In this document: positions 1 through 9,597 of the stretch, piece after piece
How positions within the stretch are numbered: position 1 is the first letter of the stretch
How the letters are laid out: every line of letters starts with the position of its first letter
Sequence record: NZ_CP044066.1
Strand: one strand, 5' to 3'
DNA: 64,000 bases
Origin: a plasmid
The notes under the pieces: generated by a model
The model's input: the letters and a program-made list of their open reading frames with translations, nothing else
Database searches by the model: none
Told to the model about the DNA's origin: nothing
Translations under genes and position numbers: made by a program

Positions 1-160
1 CAAGTGTGCCACCGCATCTCGGATCTCTTTGACCAACCCTGCGTCATCGATCCTTCTGGCGCCGCGACCATCCTGCCAGTCAGCAGGACGAGCCAGCTTC
101 TCTGCCACATTCGAGCGCGCTACACCGAGAACTTCGCAGACCCGCTTCACAGGTCGTCCC
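1..160 (-). CDS. IS3-family transposase OrfB, N-terminal fragment (continues beyond the window)
   Basis: The -1 frame relative to OrfA has no stop before the window edge, and its translation matches IS3 OrfB N-termini. Confidence 0.5.
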
Positions 161-542
161 CGGGCAATGAGGGTGAGCGCGCAATCCATTTTCGCGACTT
201 CATTACCTCCACGGCCTCGCGGAGAATTTCGTTCTCCATCGTCTTCTTGCCCAGCAGCCGTTGTAGTTCTCGAATTTGCTTGAGCGCGTCACCCAGTTCG
301 GAGGCAGGAACCACTTCCTCGCCAGCGCTGACCGCGGACAGACTGCCGTCCTGATACAGCTTCCGCCATTGGAAGAGCTGGTTGGGATTGACGCCATGCT
401 GACGCGCAACCATCGATACGGTCTTGCCTGGCTCGCAGCTCTCGCGCACCATCGCAAGCTTCTCCTCAGGCGACCACCGCCGCCGGCGCTCCGGCCCCGT
501 CAACACTTCTACCAATTCCTGCTTCGTTTTAGTCATAAACAC
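147..542 (-). CDS. IS3-family transposase OrfA (helix-turn-helix subunit)
   Basis: 131 aa: [32 protein letters not shown]...[10 protein letters not shown]...[16 protein letters not shown]. This is the canonical IS3 OrfA HTH plus leucine zipper, and it ends just before the frameshift region. Confidence 0.85.
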   Translation of the reverse strand: MFMTKTKQELVEVLTGPERRRRWSPEEKLAMVRESCEPGKTVSMVARQHGVNPNQLFQWRKLYQDGSLSAVSAGEEVVPASELGDALKQIRELQRLLGKKTMENEILREAVEVMKSRKWIARSPSLPGDDL

Positions 543-1040
543 AGTCGTATGCCTACCCGCTATTGTAAGTGGGTGACTGTGTCCGGCGATTCAGGGGGCT
601 GTTCCAGACTCGGAACGAGTGAGTATCGTATCGGATCTATCGAGACTTTACGCATCGTACTTCGGGAACATTCAAGACGTTTGTCGCATCAGTTGCCGGA
701 CGGGAGAAGCCCGTTGCAAGTCCTGGCCTACGGCAAGAGGCATGCTGGAATTCCCTCTGACTGTCGACGAACTTTTGTTCATTTATGGTGAAAAACTGGA
801 TCCATCCGGTATTAGAGGTAGCGTCCACATTGTCGCAATCGCAGGAGCACAGGATCAATTAATACTACTGGCACGTGCCCCGCTACGGCCATCGGCCTGA
901 TTCAAAGGTATGCGTCACCATACCAAGTCGCAATTCCGGTTGCGCCTGATAATCAAGAATTGGATCTAAAATGCAATAGGCATACGCCATTGTTGCCGTG
1001 CATTCGGCACGTATCAAACATTAACGAGGATCTATCTTTG

Positions 1041-2030
1041 ATGACCGATATCGATAACGCCATGCAGGTTAATTCCGCACGGCGGGACCTGCTCGCACTC
1101 GGCTTAGGGACGTTGTCCTTCGCGATGCTTCCGGCCATGCCGGCAATTGCCCAATCCACAACTCGAGTTCCAACCTCTCAGGGAAGTACGACGATGAGCT
1201 CTGTTACTACGCGCGACGGCGTTGAGATTTTCTATAAGGACTGGGGGCCCAAGACAGCTCAGCCCATCGTGTTCCACCACGGTTGGCCGCTGTCGGCCGA
1301 TGACTGGGATAACCAGATGCTGTTCTTTCTGCAAAACGGCTATCGCGTGGTGGCACACGATCGGCGCGGGCATGGTCGTTCCACTCAGGTCAGCGAAGGG
1401 CATGACATGGACCATTATGCAGCGGACGTCGCCGCTGTGGTCGAGCATCTCAACCTCAAGAATGCCGTGCACATTGGTCATTCGACGGGTGGAGGGGAGG
1501 CGCTGCACTATGTGGTTCGTCACGGCCAACCGCAGAAGCGGGTGGCAAAGCTGGTGTTGATCGGGGCGGTTCCGCCGTTGATGGTCAAGACCGCGAGCAA
1601 TCCTGGCGGCCTGCCCATCGAGGCGTTCGACGGACTGCGCAAGTCTTTGGCGGACAATCGCTCGAAGTTCTACGTCGATCTGCCGACGGGACCCTTCTAC
1701 GGCTTCAACCGGCCGGGCGTGACACCGATACAGCCGGTGATTCAAAACTGGTGGCGACAGGGCATGATGGGCGGTGCCAAGGCTCATTATGACGGTATCA
1801 AGGCCTTCTCCGAAACCGACTTCACCGAAGATCTCAAAGCGGTGGAAGTACCGACACTGGTCATGCACGGTGACGACGATCAGATCGTACCGATTGCGGA
1901 CTCGGCGCTGCTGTCGGTCAAGCTGCTGAGGAACGGCATGCTCAAGGTGTATGAGAAATTCCCGCACGGCATGTGCACCACGCATGCGGGCGTCATCAAT
2001 CCGGATCTGCTGGCCTTTGTGAAGAAGTAG
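1041..2030 (+). CDS. Alpha/beta-fold hydrolase (non-haem haloperoxidase/esterase-like) with a twin-arginine signal peptide
   Basis: It carries the nucleophile elbow HIGHSTGG, the stretch HHGWPLSADDWDNQMLFFLQNGYRVVAHDRRGHGRS and the acid/His motif MHGDDDQIVP. The N-terminus SARRDLLALGLGTLSFAMLPAMPAIA is Tat-like. Starts at 960 or 1041 are both possible. Confidence 0.8.
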   Translation: MTDIDNAMQVNSARRDLLALGLGTLSFAMLPAMPAIAQSTTRVPTSQGSTTMSSVTTRDGVEIFYKDWGPKTAQPIVFHHGWPLSADDWDNQMLFFLQNGYRVVAHDRRGHGRSTQVSEGHDMDHYAADVAAVVEHLNLKNAVHIGHSTGGGEALHYVVRHGQPQKRVAKLVLIGAVPPLMVKTASNPGGLPIEAFDGLRKSLADNRSKFYVDLPTGPFYGFNRPGVTPIQPVIQNWWRQGMMGGAKAHYDGIKAFSETDFTEDLKAVEVPTLVMHGDDDQIVPIADSALLSVKLLRNGMLKVYEKFPHGMCTTHAGVINPDLLAFVKK

Positions 2031-2493
2031 TATCGGGGATAAAGCGTGGAGGGATGGTCGATGGCAACGTCGATAGCTCCCGCCACGCCCGAGCACATGA
2101 TTGCTTCAATGACTTTTCTCGGGCTCCCATCTGGAGATGCGCTGAGACCTTCGTACCGGTGCAGCCCAGATGGTTGACAAGCACCCCATACTGAGACTTT
2201 TCGGCGTACGCGTGATGTCCATACGACGGCGCGCGCACGTGGGCAATGCCGGAGAGTGTCCGTCGGAAGCACCGGCCTCGATCCATACCTTGAACCCTCA
2301 AGTAGCAATAGAAATGATTAGCCCGATCTACCTCCAAAGATCCGGCTCTCATTCGGATGATCGGCTGATTGGGAACGGAAAATGGCGGCCTGCTCTTCGA
2401 GCACTCCTCGGTCGACAAAGGAGTGTTGAAGGATCAGTGTTCAATTGTCTGGGCTAACCGGCTGAATGCATGCGGGTGGATTGCGTGCCTCGA

Positions 2494-2940
2494 TTACGCC
2501 TTTGCCGCAACTGGAAGCCGAAACGGGGCGCCGAGACGATTGAATGCGTTCATGGCGGCAATCGTTATCGTGAGATCAACGAGGTCCTTGGGCGAAAATG
2601 CTGCCGATGCGGCCGCATAGGCTTCGTCTGAGGCATGCGTCTCACTGACGCGCGTCACTTCCTCCGCCCAGGCCAATGCGGCCCGCTCTTGCTCGGCGAA
2701 TAGGTGCGGAACTTCATCCCACACCGGAACCAGCGTGATCTTGTCGACCGACATGGTCTTTCTGAGATCGCGACTATGCATGTCAATGCAATGCGCGCAT
2801 CCGTTGATCTGGGAGACGCGGAGGAACACGAGGTGGACAAGCTCCTCGGGGAGATCCGTCTTCTTCGTGACGTAGTGGTGGATACCAAAAAGCGCCTTCG
2901 CGCCGTCAGGCGCTATCTCTTGCCAGTTCAAGCGGGTCAT
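2494..2940 (-). CDS. Carboxymuconolactone decarboxylase / AhpD-like peroxidase family protein
   Basis: The CxxH-type motif NGCAHCIDMH is present. The size is about 148 aa, and a GAAAAGGA RBS sits 6 nt upstream of the ATG at 2940. The gene is divergent from the MocR regulator. Confidence 0.8.
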   Translation of the reverse strand: MTRLNWQEIAPDGAKALFGIHHYVTKKTDLPEELVHLVFLRVSQINGCAHCIDMHSRDLRKTMSVDKITLVPVWDEVPHLFAEQERAALAWAEEVTRVSETHASDEAYAAASAAFSPKDLVDLTITIAAMNAFNRLGAPFRLPVAAKA

Positions 2941-3094
2941 CTCGGTCCTTTTCTGTTGGTGATTCGGTCCAGCGTCGCGGTCAGCGCGCCCGAGCCGCCT
3001 ATCGACTTGGGCCGCGATTCGTGTCATAACGCAAAGTTACTCCGCCAGGCATTGAAGATACAGGCCCAAAAATTGGAGAAACGACTGGCCCAAA

Positions 3095-4528
3095 ATGACT
3101 CACCCGAACTCGCCCGCTGCGCTGTCCATCCTGGTGGACCGTGCCACTGCCATGCCGATCGGCGATCAGATCCATGCGAGCTTGCGACAGGCAATCGTCG
3201 AGGGTCGGCTTGCACCTGGACAGCGTCTTCCTTCCGGTCGAGACCTCGCTGCGCAGCTTGGTGTCGCCCGCGGCACCATTCGCGTGGTCTACGACCGTCT
3301 GATCGCCGAGAATCTGGTGTTCGGCGCAGGCTCTTCGGGCACACACGTATGCTCGCGGCTGGACGTCGGGAGAGCAGGCCGCGAAGCTTCGCTCGACGGG
3401 CCTCTGGCGGATTTCAACCGCCCATTTTCGAGCGCGCCGCTTCCGTTTCAAATGGGCGTACCTGCCCAGGACGCGTTTCCCGCCAAGCTCTGGGCTCGCA
3501 TGCGGACGCGCGCCGTACGTGCCGATGCTATCGCTTACACGGCCTATGGCGATCCACGCGGCGAACCTGCCCTGCGGGCTCAGATAGCGAGCCACCTAGC
3601 CGTAAGCCGACAGATGCAGTGTCATCCCGACCAGATCCTCGTCACCAGCGGATACCGGCAGGGCCTGATGCTTGCACTCACCGCACTGCGCGCGCATGGA
3701 CGCAAGGCGTGGCTCGAGGAGCCAGGGTATCCGCTGGGAAGACGCGCGCTGGAGGTGATTGGAGCCGAGGTCGTACCCGTACCCGTTGATGCCGAGGGGT
3801 TGCGCGTGGAAGCTGGCGTCGCCAGCGCGCCAGACGCCTTGCTGGCGCTGGTCACGCCGGGCCAGCATGCACCGCTGGGCGTGACCATGTCGCCTGAACG
3901 AAGGCGCGCGCTGCTTGACTGGGCGGCGGCACGGGGTGCCTGGATCATCGAGGACGACTATCTCGGAGAAATACAGCTCGACGGACGAGCCGCACCGGCC
4001 CTTGCGGCTGGCGAAGGTGCCGAACACGTAGTTCACATCGGAGCGTTCAGCAAGACGATCAGCCCGGCGCTGGGCCTCGGGTTCGTCGTCGCCCCACGTT
4101 CAGCGGCGGAGCGCCTGGTGGAGGTCTCCGCCGTGCTGGCCCCAGCTCCGAACCGGACAACCCAATTGGCGGTGACAGAGTTTCTGCGGGATGGGCACTA
4201 CCTGCGGCACCTGCGCCAGATGAAGGCTCTCTACGCCGAGCGCCGCCGCCTCACATTAACGCATGTAAGGGAATTTTTGCCAGGCACGCTGATGGCGGGC
4301 CTTGGAGTAATCGCACCGCTCCCACAATCCGCCGACGACCGCGTCATCGTCGGCATCGCCCGCGCACACGGCCTCGCGCCTTCGGCCCTCTCTGCCTGGT
4401 ACCTTCGCCGCAGTCACGCGCAAGGTGGCTTGATACTCAGCGCGACGAACGTGCACCCCGACAACATCGGTGCCGTTTGCGCGAAGCTTGCGAGTATCGT
4501 TGCTTCATCGAGTTCTGGCACACATTAG
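3095..4528 (+). CDS. MocR/GntR-family transcriptional regulator with a C-terminal aminotransferase (fold type I) domain
   Basis: The N-terminal GntR wHTH reads IGDQIHASLRQAIVEGRLAPGQRLPSGRDLAAQLGVARGTIRVVYDRL. It is followed by a long PLP-aminotransferase-like domain of 477 aa. Confidence 0.85.
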   Translation: MTHPNSPAALSILVDRATAMPIGDQIHASLRQAIVEGRLAPGQRLPSGRDLAAQLGVARGTIRVVYDRLIAENLVFGAGSSGTHVCSRLDVGRAGREASLDGPLADFNRPFSSAPLPFQMGVPAQDAFPAKLWARMRTRAVRADAIAYTAYGDPRGEPALRAQIASHLAVSRQMQCHPDQILVTSGYRQGLMLALTALRAHGRKAWLEEPGYPLGRRALEVIGAEVVPVPVDAEGLRVEAGVASAPDALLALVTPGQHAPLGVTMSPERRRALLDWAAARGAWIIEDDYLGEIQLDGRAAPALAAGEGAEHVVHIGAFSKTISPALGLGFVVAPRSAAERLVEVSAVLAPAPNRTTQLAVTEFLRDGHYLRHLRQMKALYAERRRLTLTHVREFLPGTLMAGLGVIAPLPQSADDRVIVGIARAHGLAPSALSAWYLRRSHAQGGLILSATNVHPDNIGAVCAKLASIVASSSSGTH

Positions 4529-4890
4529 TCCAACGATCACGAACGCGGCCTCGGAACGTGGTCCCGGAAGCGGCCCTGACTGTCCGAATCAAGAAGACTT
4601 TCGATACTCTCGTCCTTCTTGGACTCTCGAAGCGATGCCAGCGGACCCCAGTTGACATCACCGGATCGACACTGGCGCCGCGCGTTGCGCTATGGCCGAT
4701 CTGCCCCCAAGAACGGACAGAATAAGGGGAACGCTGACAGGCCGGAAAGGGTCGGAAGCGGCCATCCCGGGTAAAGACAAGGTCCTCATTTCGAGCATCG
4801 AACAAGTGCCGCATCGGTAACCCAAAGCTCAGTGGTCCGCCCCAACGCGCCACCTAGTCAACGAGCGGCAATCGCAATTGCTGTCTCATA

Positions 4891-4917
4891 AAAAAAGCCC
4901 CTCGCAAGGAGGGGCTG
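4891..4917 (-). terminator. Rho-independent terminator for the minus-strand methylase operon
   Basis: The stem GCCCCTC/GAGGGGC has a 5-nt loop and is followed, on the minus strand, by a run of 7 T. Confidence 0.6.
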
Positions 4918-5035
4918 GTAGGAACGGGTCCATCTGAGAGAGCCTGTAGCGGTGTCGTGCTACAGAGATCATCTTATCGTCAGACCCCCGCCCCGCAGGA
5001 GGCGAAAGCTCGCCAATTTCGGGGGTGTTTTGCGG

Positions 5036-5929
5036 TTAGAACAGCGCGAGCTGGTCGTCAGGCACAAGGACGCGCAGTGCCGCTGCGGGAATGGGAGCTT
5101 CGTCAGCGCGCAACGACACGTCGGCCGTACGGTCGGCGCCCTCCGTCTCGTCTACGCGCTTCTGGCTCTGGAGCAGCTCCCGCATGGCCTCGGCCAGCCG
5201 GCGAAACCTGAGCTTTTCTCCCCAGCCGCCCACAACATGCGCGGGCGTGAACCACGTGGACCACGCCTCGACAGACAACGCATTGCCGTGAACGACGATG
5301 GCGGGAATGTGCAGCAGGGACAGCTGGACATAAGTCATGTGCACGCACCGCGGATCGATATCGATGCACGTGGCGTGCATCGTCAGCTGGTAGTTGTGGC
5401 CGGCATCGTGCAGCGCATCGGCACAGGCAATCGCCATGCCGCCTGCGCCGCAGGCTGGTTCGCTGAGCGTCACGAACCCATCACGCTGGATGAACGGAGC
5501 ACCATCGCCGATGTTCATCCGTGCCATGAGCCGCGAGACGCTGTACGGTGTAAAAAACTGCCCTGCCTTGTCGTTTCCGAGCTCGAGCATCATGTACGTC
5601 TGGCCAAGGACATCGGCCAGGCCGTCACCGTTCGGTACCCATCCCTGCACCAAATCCTCGAACGTCTGCACGAGCGCCCCGAACATCTGGGGAAAGCGCT
5701 CGCGGTCCGCGCGCTCGTACCGCTTGATGATCTCTTCGTACCGCTTCTCGCGAGCCTCGGCTTGGTGGCGATCAACGGTGTTGCTGATGGACAGGGATGC
5801 GATCTCCACGAAATCGGAGAACACCTCGTGGACCGGGTATCGGGGGCCGAACTGCTTGAAGTGCGAGAGCAAGGCCTTGTGAGGCTCGCTCGCGGTGCCT
5901 TCGAACTTTCGTTTCGCGGCGCGGCTCAT
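5036..5929 (-). CDS. DNA methyltransferase-like protein (HsdM/N6-adenine-type AdoMet motifs; motif IV non-canonical)
   Basis: GQFFTPYSVSRLMARM is an HsdM-like FTP motif, and LSEPACGAGGM is the AdoMet motif I. A canonical NPPF/Y motif was not found. An alternative start lies at 6034. Confidence 0.65.
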   Translation of the reverse strand: MSRAAKRKFEGTASEPHKALLSHFKQFGPRYPVHEVFSDFVEIASLSISNTVDRHQAEAREKRYEEIIKRYERADRERFPQMFGALVQTFEDLVQGWVPNGDGLADVLGQTYMMLELGNDKAGQFFTPYSVSRLMARMNIGDGAPFIQRDGFVTLSEPACGAGGMAIACADALHDAGHNYQLTMHATCIDIDPRCVHMTYVQLSLLHIPAIVVHGNALSVEAWSTWFTPAHVVGGWGEKLRFRRLAEAMRELLQSQKRVDETEGADRTADVSLRADEAPIPAAALRVLVPDDQLALF

Positions 5930-6067
5930 TTCGCCCACCCACGCAGAAACGGGTACGCTGCGGTGCCGGGGCAAGCCATCGGCGGATGTGTGTGGGGCAT
6001 TTCGATCAGCTTTTTGGCCGGAGAAACGCCCCACCGGGACGTATCCCGGCAGGGTTAAAGAATTGGT

Positions 6068-6547
6068 TCAGTGCAGACGGTAAGCCGTCGTGACAGGCGT
6101 GAACCCCATGGCCCACCATTGGGCGATGGGATGGTTGGGAAACTGCGGGATCTGCCCGCTCCGGAACACGTCCGGTACGAAGGCGAGTGCTTCGGGACGG
6201 ACCATCACGGTCGCCCGCCATTTCGCCTGAAGCTCGAGCCAGGTGAGTTCGGCGCGCGCGATGTGGTCCCACTGCATCGGAAGCATTGCCTCGTCGAAGC
6301 GCTTCGCGCCCTCGGCCGTCATGACGGCCACCACTTCGTGGTAGCGCCCGAGTTCATGCGGAAAGCCGCAACGAACAAATCGGAGTTCCGCCGGATCGGG
6401 ATTACCGAAGATTCGCTGCAACTGCCGGATGTACACGGCACACTCGCGCCGCGATCGTTCGCTGTAGTCGTCGTGGCCCACCTGCGCGCACGGCTCTTCC
6501 GCGGGCACGGGGCCGACTTCGATGCGGGTAGTTCTGGGGTAAGACAT
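6068..6547 (-). CDS. Hypothetical protein, paralog A (homologous to 6995..7510)
   Basis: 159 aa. It shares the blocks Y.R.L.R.F..P.P..LRF.VR...G.RY..V and P.QWD..A..E with the downstream paralog. A good RBS, AAGGAA, sits upstream of 6547. Confidence 0.55.
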   Translation of the reverse strand: MSYPRTTRIEVGPVPAEEPCAQVGHDDYSERSRRECAVYIRQLQRIFGNPDPAELRFVRCGFPHELGRYHEVVAVMTAEGAKRFDEAMLPMQWDHIARAELTWLELQAKWRATVMVRPEALAFVPDVFRSGQIPQFPNHPIAQWWAMGFTPVTTAYRLH

Positions 6548-6646
6548 GTTGCGTTTCCTTTGTGGATATGGGAAACGCCCCAACCGGGAGGTTTCCCGGT
6601 GAGGAGGAGCCGCGCGAGCCCGATGAAGGACTGCGCGCGGCGATGC

Positions 6647-6850
6647 TCAGGCCAGATGGCCAGAGAGATGCGAGAACTTCGACAACACCCAGGCGGCGGC
6701 AACCACAAGGACGGCCGTTGCGAGAGAGGTCAGTTGGAAGTACAGCAGTGCGAGGCTCGCCGTCGTGACGATGAAGAACAATGCGGCGAACAGGATCACG
6801 ACCAACGCAACAACGGCGATGGCGGTCTCACGGGTCTCGATAACAGGCAT
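6647..6850 (-). CDS. Small membrane protein (67 aa, two predicted TM helices)
   Basis: MPVIETRETAIAVVALVVILFAALFFIVTTASLALLYFQLTSLATAVLVVAAAWVL has a GGAG RBS and lies between the two paralogs. Confidence 0.45.
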   Translation of the reverse strand: MPVIETRETAIAVVALVVILFAALFFIVTTASLALLYFQLTSLATAVLVVAAAWVLSKFSHLSGHLA

Positions 6851-6994
6851 GATGGCTCCAAAGAAAGATGGAGCCATGACCCATAGGGGACAAAGCCCCA
6901 ATGGGTGGAAAAACAAGATGGCCGGTACGCCGGCGAGGTCGATGCGCAGTAGCGCGGAGAAGCAGGCAGATAGTAGCGTGCCCGCGCCGAGCTT

Positions 6995-7510
6995 TCAACT
7001 GCGTTTCGTTGCCAGGCGCGCGAGACGATTTGCCTCACGCAGCCGGTTGACCACTGCCCATCGCCGCTGGGCGACCTCCTCGGGGTTCTCGAGATTCGAG
7101 TAGTCCTGCGGCCCCATGAACGGCTCATATTCATCGGGAAGCTTGCCTGTCGCTGCGGCCGATTCGCGCAGCAGACGGGAAAGACCGTCCGTCGTTTCGC
7201 TGATGGCCACGTAGTCCCAGCGCTGGGGCACCGCGGCCTCCGAGAACCAGATCTCGCCCTCTCCCCGCCCGATCAGCGCGACCACGTCGTAGCGGCTCCC
7301 CTCTGCCGACGGGGTAGCTCGCACTTCGAAGCGCAACACATCCGGCCGCGGATGCCAGAACACGCGATCGAGGTACCGCTTGAACGTGAACGCGTCCAGG
7401 CGCGCGATATCGGCGTACTGCGGCTGCCCGGCGGCAATGAACTCGGGCTCGCTCCTCGGGCGGGTGCCCAGAGAAACTTCACGGAACTGCGGCGTTGGAA
7501 CGAACGACAT
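6995..7510 (-). CDS. Hypothetical protein, paralog B (acidic C-terminal half)
   Basis: 171 aa with clear similarity to paralog A: LRFEVRATPSAEGSRYDVVALIGRGEGEIWFSEAAVPQRWDYVAISE aligns with LRFVRCGFPHELGRYHEVVAVMTAEGAKRFDEAMLPMQWDHIARAE. Confidence 0.55.
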   Translation of the reverse strand: MSFVPTPQFREVSLGTRPRSEPEFIAAGQPQYADIARLDAFTFKRYLDRVFWHPRPDVLRFEVRATPSAEGSRYDVVALIGRGEGEIWFSEAAVPQRWDYVAISETTDGLSRLLRESAAATGKLPDEYEPFMGPQDYSNLENPEEVAQRRWAVVNRLREANRLARLATKRS

Positions 7511-7559
7511 GGCATCTCGGGGTAAAAAGCGCACGAAATTCTAAAGCTTTCCGGGCCAA

Positions 7560-8129
7560 ATGCAGTCCCCACTAAAGCCAGAATGGTTGCAGGCGAACTA
7601 CGCCCGTCAGTTGCCTCGACATTGCGCCGCCGCCGGTATCGTGGTCTCAGACACTCAATACACAGCCACCATGCGCTTTACCCGATTCCGATTCGAACGC
7701 TACGCTCCCATCCAACGCAATGCGCGCCGCGAGTCCGCCTTTGCCCGCAAGCAGACGCGCGAACGTGAACGGTATCCGCTCTTTACCGACCATGTCGCCG
7801 CTGACCAGCACAGTGCTGACGACGAGTTCGCGCGCCGTCAGCGCCAGTCGGATCGCTTTGAGGCCACACAGCGGGCGTTCCACGCACGTGTCTGGAGAGA
7901 GTCCCGTACCCGTTTCTTCTCGTTGCCGGAGCCGGTAAAGCAGCAGATTCGCGACAAGTGGCGCCTCTGGACTGGCCCCACGACCGCACTGTATTTCAGC
8001 TTCATGGTGGACGAACTCAGCGGTGACCAGGCGCGCCGCGTGGCCGAAGCCGCAGCACGGCAGCGTGAGTACATGGCACGCCGGTACGGCGATCTGGGAA
8101 ACCAGCAACCACTGGAGCTGGCGCGATGA
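7560..8129 (+). CDS. Hypothetical protein (first gene of the helicase operon; start uncertain)
   Basis: The ORF ends in an ATGA overlap with the helicase start at 8126, and it is Arg-rich. Confidence 0.4.
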   Translation: MQSPLKPEWLQANYARQLPRHCAAAGIVVSDTQYTATMRFTRFRFERYAPIQRNARRESAFARKQTRERERYPLFTDHVAADQHSADDEFARRQRQSDRFEATQRAFHARVWRESRTRFFSLPEPVKQQIRDKWRLWTGPTTALYFSFMVDELSGDQARRVAEAAARQREYMARRYGDLGNQQPLELAR

Positions 8130-9586
8130 AGCCGACTGTCGAGCAGCAGCAGGTCGTCGACACCGTGCGAGACGGGAGTACAGTCAAGGTCTTCGCCCGA
8201 GCCGGCGCCGGCAAGACATCGACGCTACGTATGAGCGCCGAGGCGCGCGGACGGGCGCGCGGCCTGCTTCTGGCCTTCAACACGGACATCGCCAAAGAGG
8301 CGGCGAGCAAGTTCCCACAGAATACCCGCTGCCGAACCTTCCACTCGTTTGCGTTCGGCGCTACCAGGCCGGAGATCACCCGCAAGCTAAGGAATCCCGT
8401 CGAGCCTCCGTATCAGCTGGCACTACGCTACGGCTTCGGAAAGCTGCGTCTCCCCACTACCATCGGCAAGGATCTGGAACTGGCCCCGGCCGCTGTCGCG
8501 CGACTGGTGATGGATGGCGTCGCCCGATTCTGTAGTTCCGCACAGGCGGAGCCGCAGGCGTGGCATATCCCCGTCGCCTCGATCGTCAGGGAGAACGAGG
8601 CGCAGCATCTGCGCGAGTCGCTGCTACCGTCTGTCCAGAAGCTCTGGGCTGAATACATCGATCCCGCATCCCCTTCCGCGATCTCCCATGGGGTGTACGT
8701 CAAACTCTGGGAGCGCAGCCGGCCGCGCATCGGCGCCGATTTCATCCTCTTCGACGAGGCGCAGGACGCCGACGGGCTGATGCTTTCAGTGCTCCGCGCG
8801 CAGCAGGCTCAGGTGATCTACGTGGGCGATCCGTACCAGCAGATCTACGAGTGGCGAGGGGCCGTCAATGCGATGGACCATATCCGTGCGCCGGAATGCA
8901 TCCTGACCGAATCCTTTCGCTTCGGCCCCGCCATTGCCCAGCTCGCGAGCCGCGTACTTCAGCTGATGGATGAGCATACCCCCGTGCGCGGCCAGGAACA
9001 GATCTCATCGCGCATCGTGCATGAGTCGGTGCCGGGCCAGGATAGATATGACGCGATCCTATGTCGCAAGAACGCCACGGTGCTTACCCATCTCGCGCAG
9101 GGTATCGGTAGAGGCGATCGGGTGGCGGTGCGCGCAAAAGTCGATGAACTGCGCGCCTTCGCAGACGGTGCCGAGAAACTGATGCAGGGGCAGCGCATCA
9201 GCTACCCCGCCACGCTGGCGCTCTTCGAGACATGGGACGAGGTGCAGGAGTACGCCGATTCGTTCGCCGGCCGCGACCTAAAGCCGCTGGTGAAGCTGAT
9301 CGACGACGAAGGCGTGGACTACCTCCGACTGATCCTCACGCGCGTGTCGCCCGAAGACGAGGCCGACTACATCGTATCCACCGTTCACCGCGCCAAGGGC
9401 CTCGAATGGGATCGCGTGCAGCTGGCAGGCGACTTCAAATTCAAGCACGGCGAAGACGGCAAGATGACCATGGCGGCCGAGGAAATGCGGCTGCTCTATG
9501 TGGCCATGACGCGCGCCAGGCATTTGCTGGATGTCAGCGAGATTCGCCGCGACCTCTACACGATGTTCCGGGACGCCGGAGTCTAG
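8126..9586 (+). CDS. UvrD/PcrA-like superfamily-1 DNA helicase (short form, 486 aa)
   Basis: Motifs present are Walker A GAGKTST, DEAQD (ILFDEAQDADG), VGDPYQQIYEWRGA, LTESFRFG, STVHRAKGLEWDRV and LLYVAMTRAR. Confidence 0.85.
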   Translation: MKPTVEQQQVVDTVRDGSTVKVFARAGAGKTSTLRMSAEARGRARGLLLAFNTDIAKEAASKFPQNTRCRTFHSFAFGATRPEITRKLRNPVEPPYQLALRYGFGKLRLPTTIGKDLELAPAAVARLVMDGVARFCSSAQAEPQAWHIPVASIVRENEAQHLRESLLPSVQKLWAEYIDPASPSAISHGVYVKLWERSRPRIGADFILFDEAQDADGLMLSVLRAQQAQVIYVGDPYQQIYEWRGAVNAMDHIRAPECILTESFRFGPAIAQLASRVLQLMDEHTPVRGQEQISSRIVHESVPGQDRYDAILCRKNATVLTHLAQGIGRGDRVAVRAKVDELRAFADGAEKLMQGQRISYPATLALFETWDEVQEYADSFAGRDLKPLVKLIDDEGVDYLRLILTRVSPEDEADYIVSTVHRAKGLEWDRVQLAGDFKFKHGEDGKMTMAAEEMRLLYVAMTRARHLLDVSEIRRDLYTMFRDAGV

Positions 9587-9597
9587 GAGAACAGACC

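Larger units (their letters stand above)
1..604 (-). mobile_element. IS3-family insertion sequence (IS407-like subgroup), truncated by the window start; only the OrfA end and its terminal inverted repeat are present
   Basis: An OrfA HTH transposase lies at 147..542. The complement of 1..160 translates to [47 protein letters not shown], a typical IS3 OrfB N-terminus, in the -1 frame. The terminal sequence on the minus strand, TGGAACAGCCCCCTGAATCGCCGGACAC (about 576..603), resembles the IS407-type inverted repeat TGACCTGCCCCCACTGAATCTCGGACAG. Confidence 0.6.

Noticed and set aside
1104-2096. Large antisense ORFs (e.g. 1104..2096 minus, 12209..13537 minus, 36669..38288 plus, 48901..50514 minus, 54353..55570 minus)
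   Set aside because: Each lies entirely opposite a well-supported gene with conserved motifs. They have no RBS and Arg-rich low-complexity composition, and are expected artefacts of high GC.
9232-9597. The 530-aa ORF version of the DUF1173 gene, starting inside the helicase
   Set aside because: The N-terminal extension is an open stretch in high-GC DNA that overlaps the helicase in another frame. A strong AGGAGA RBS plus ATG at 9598 marks the real start.
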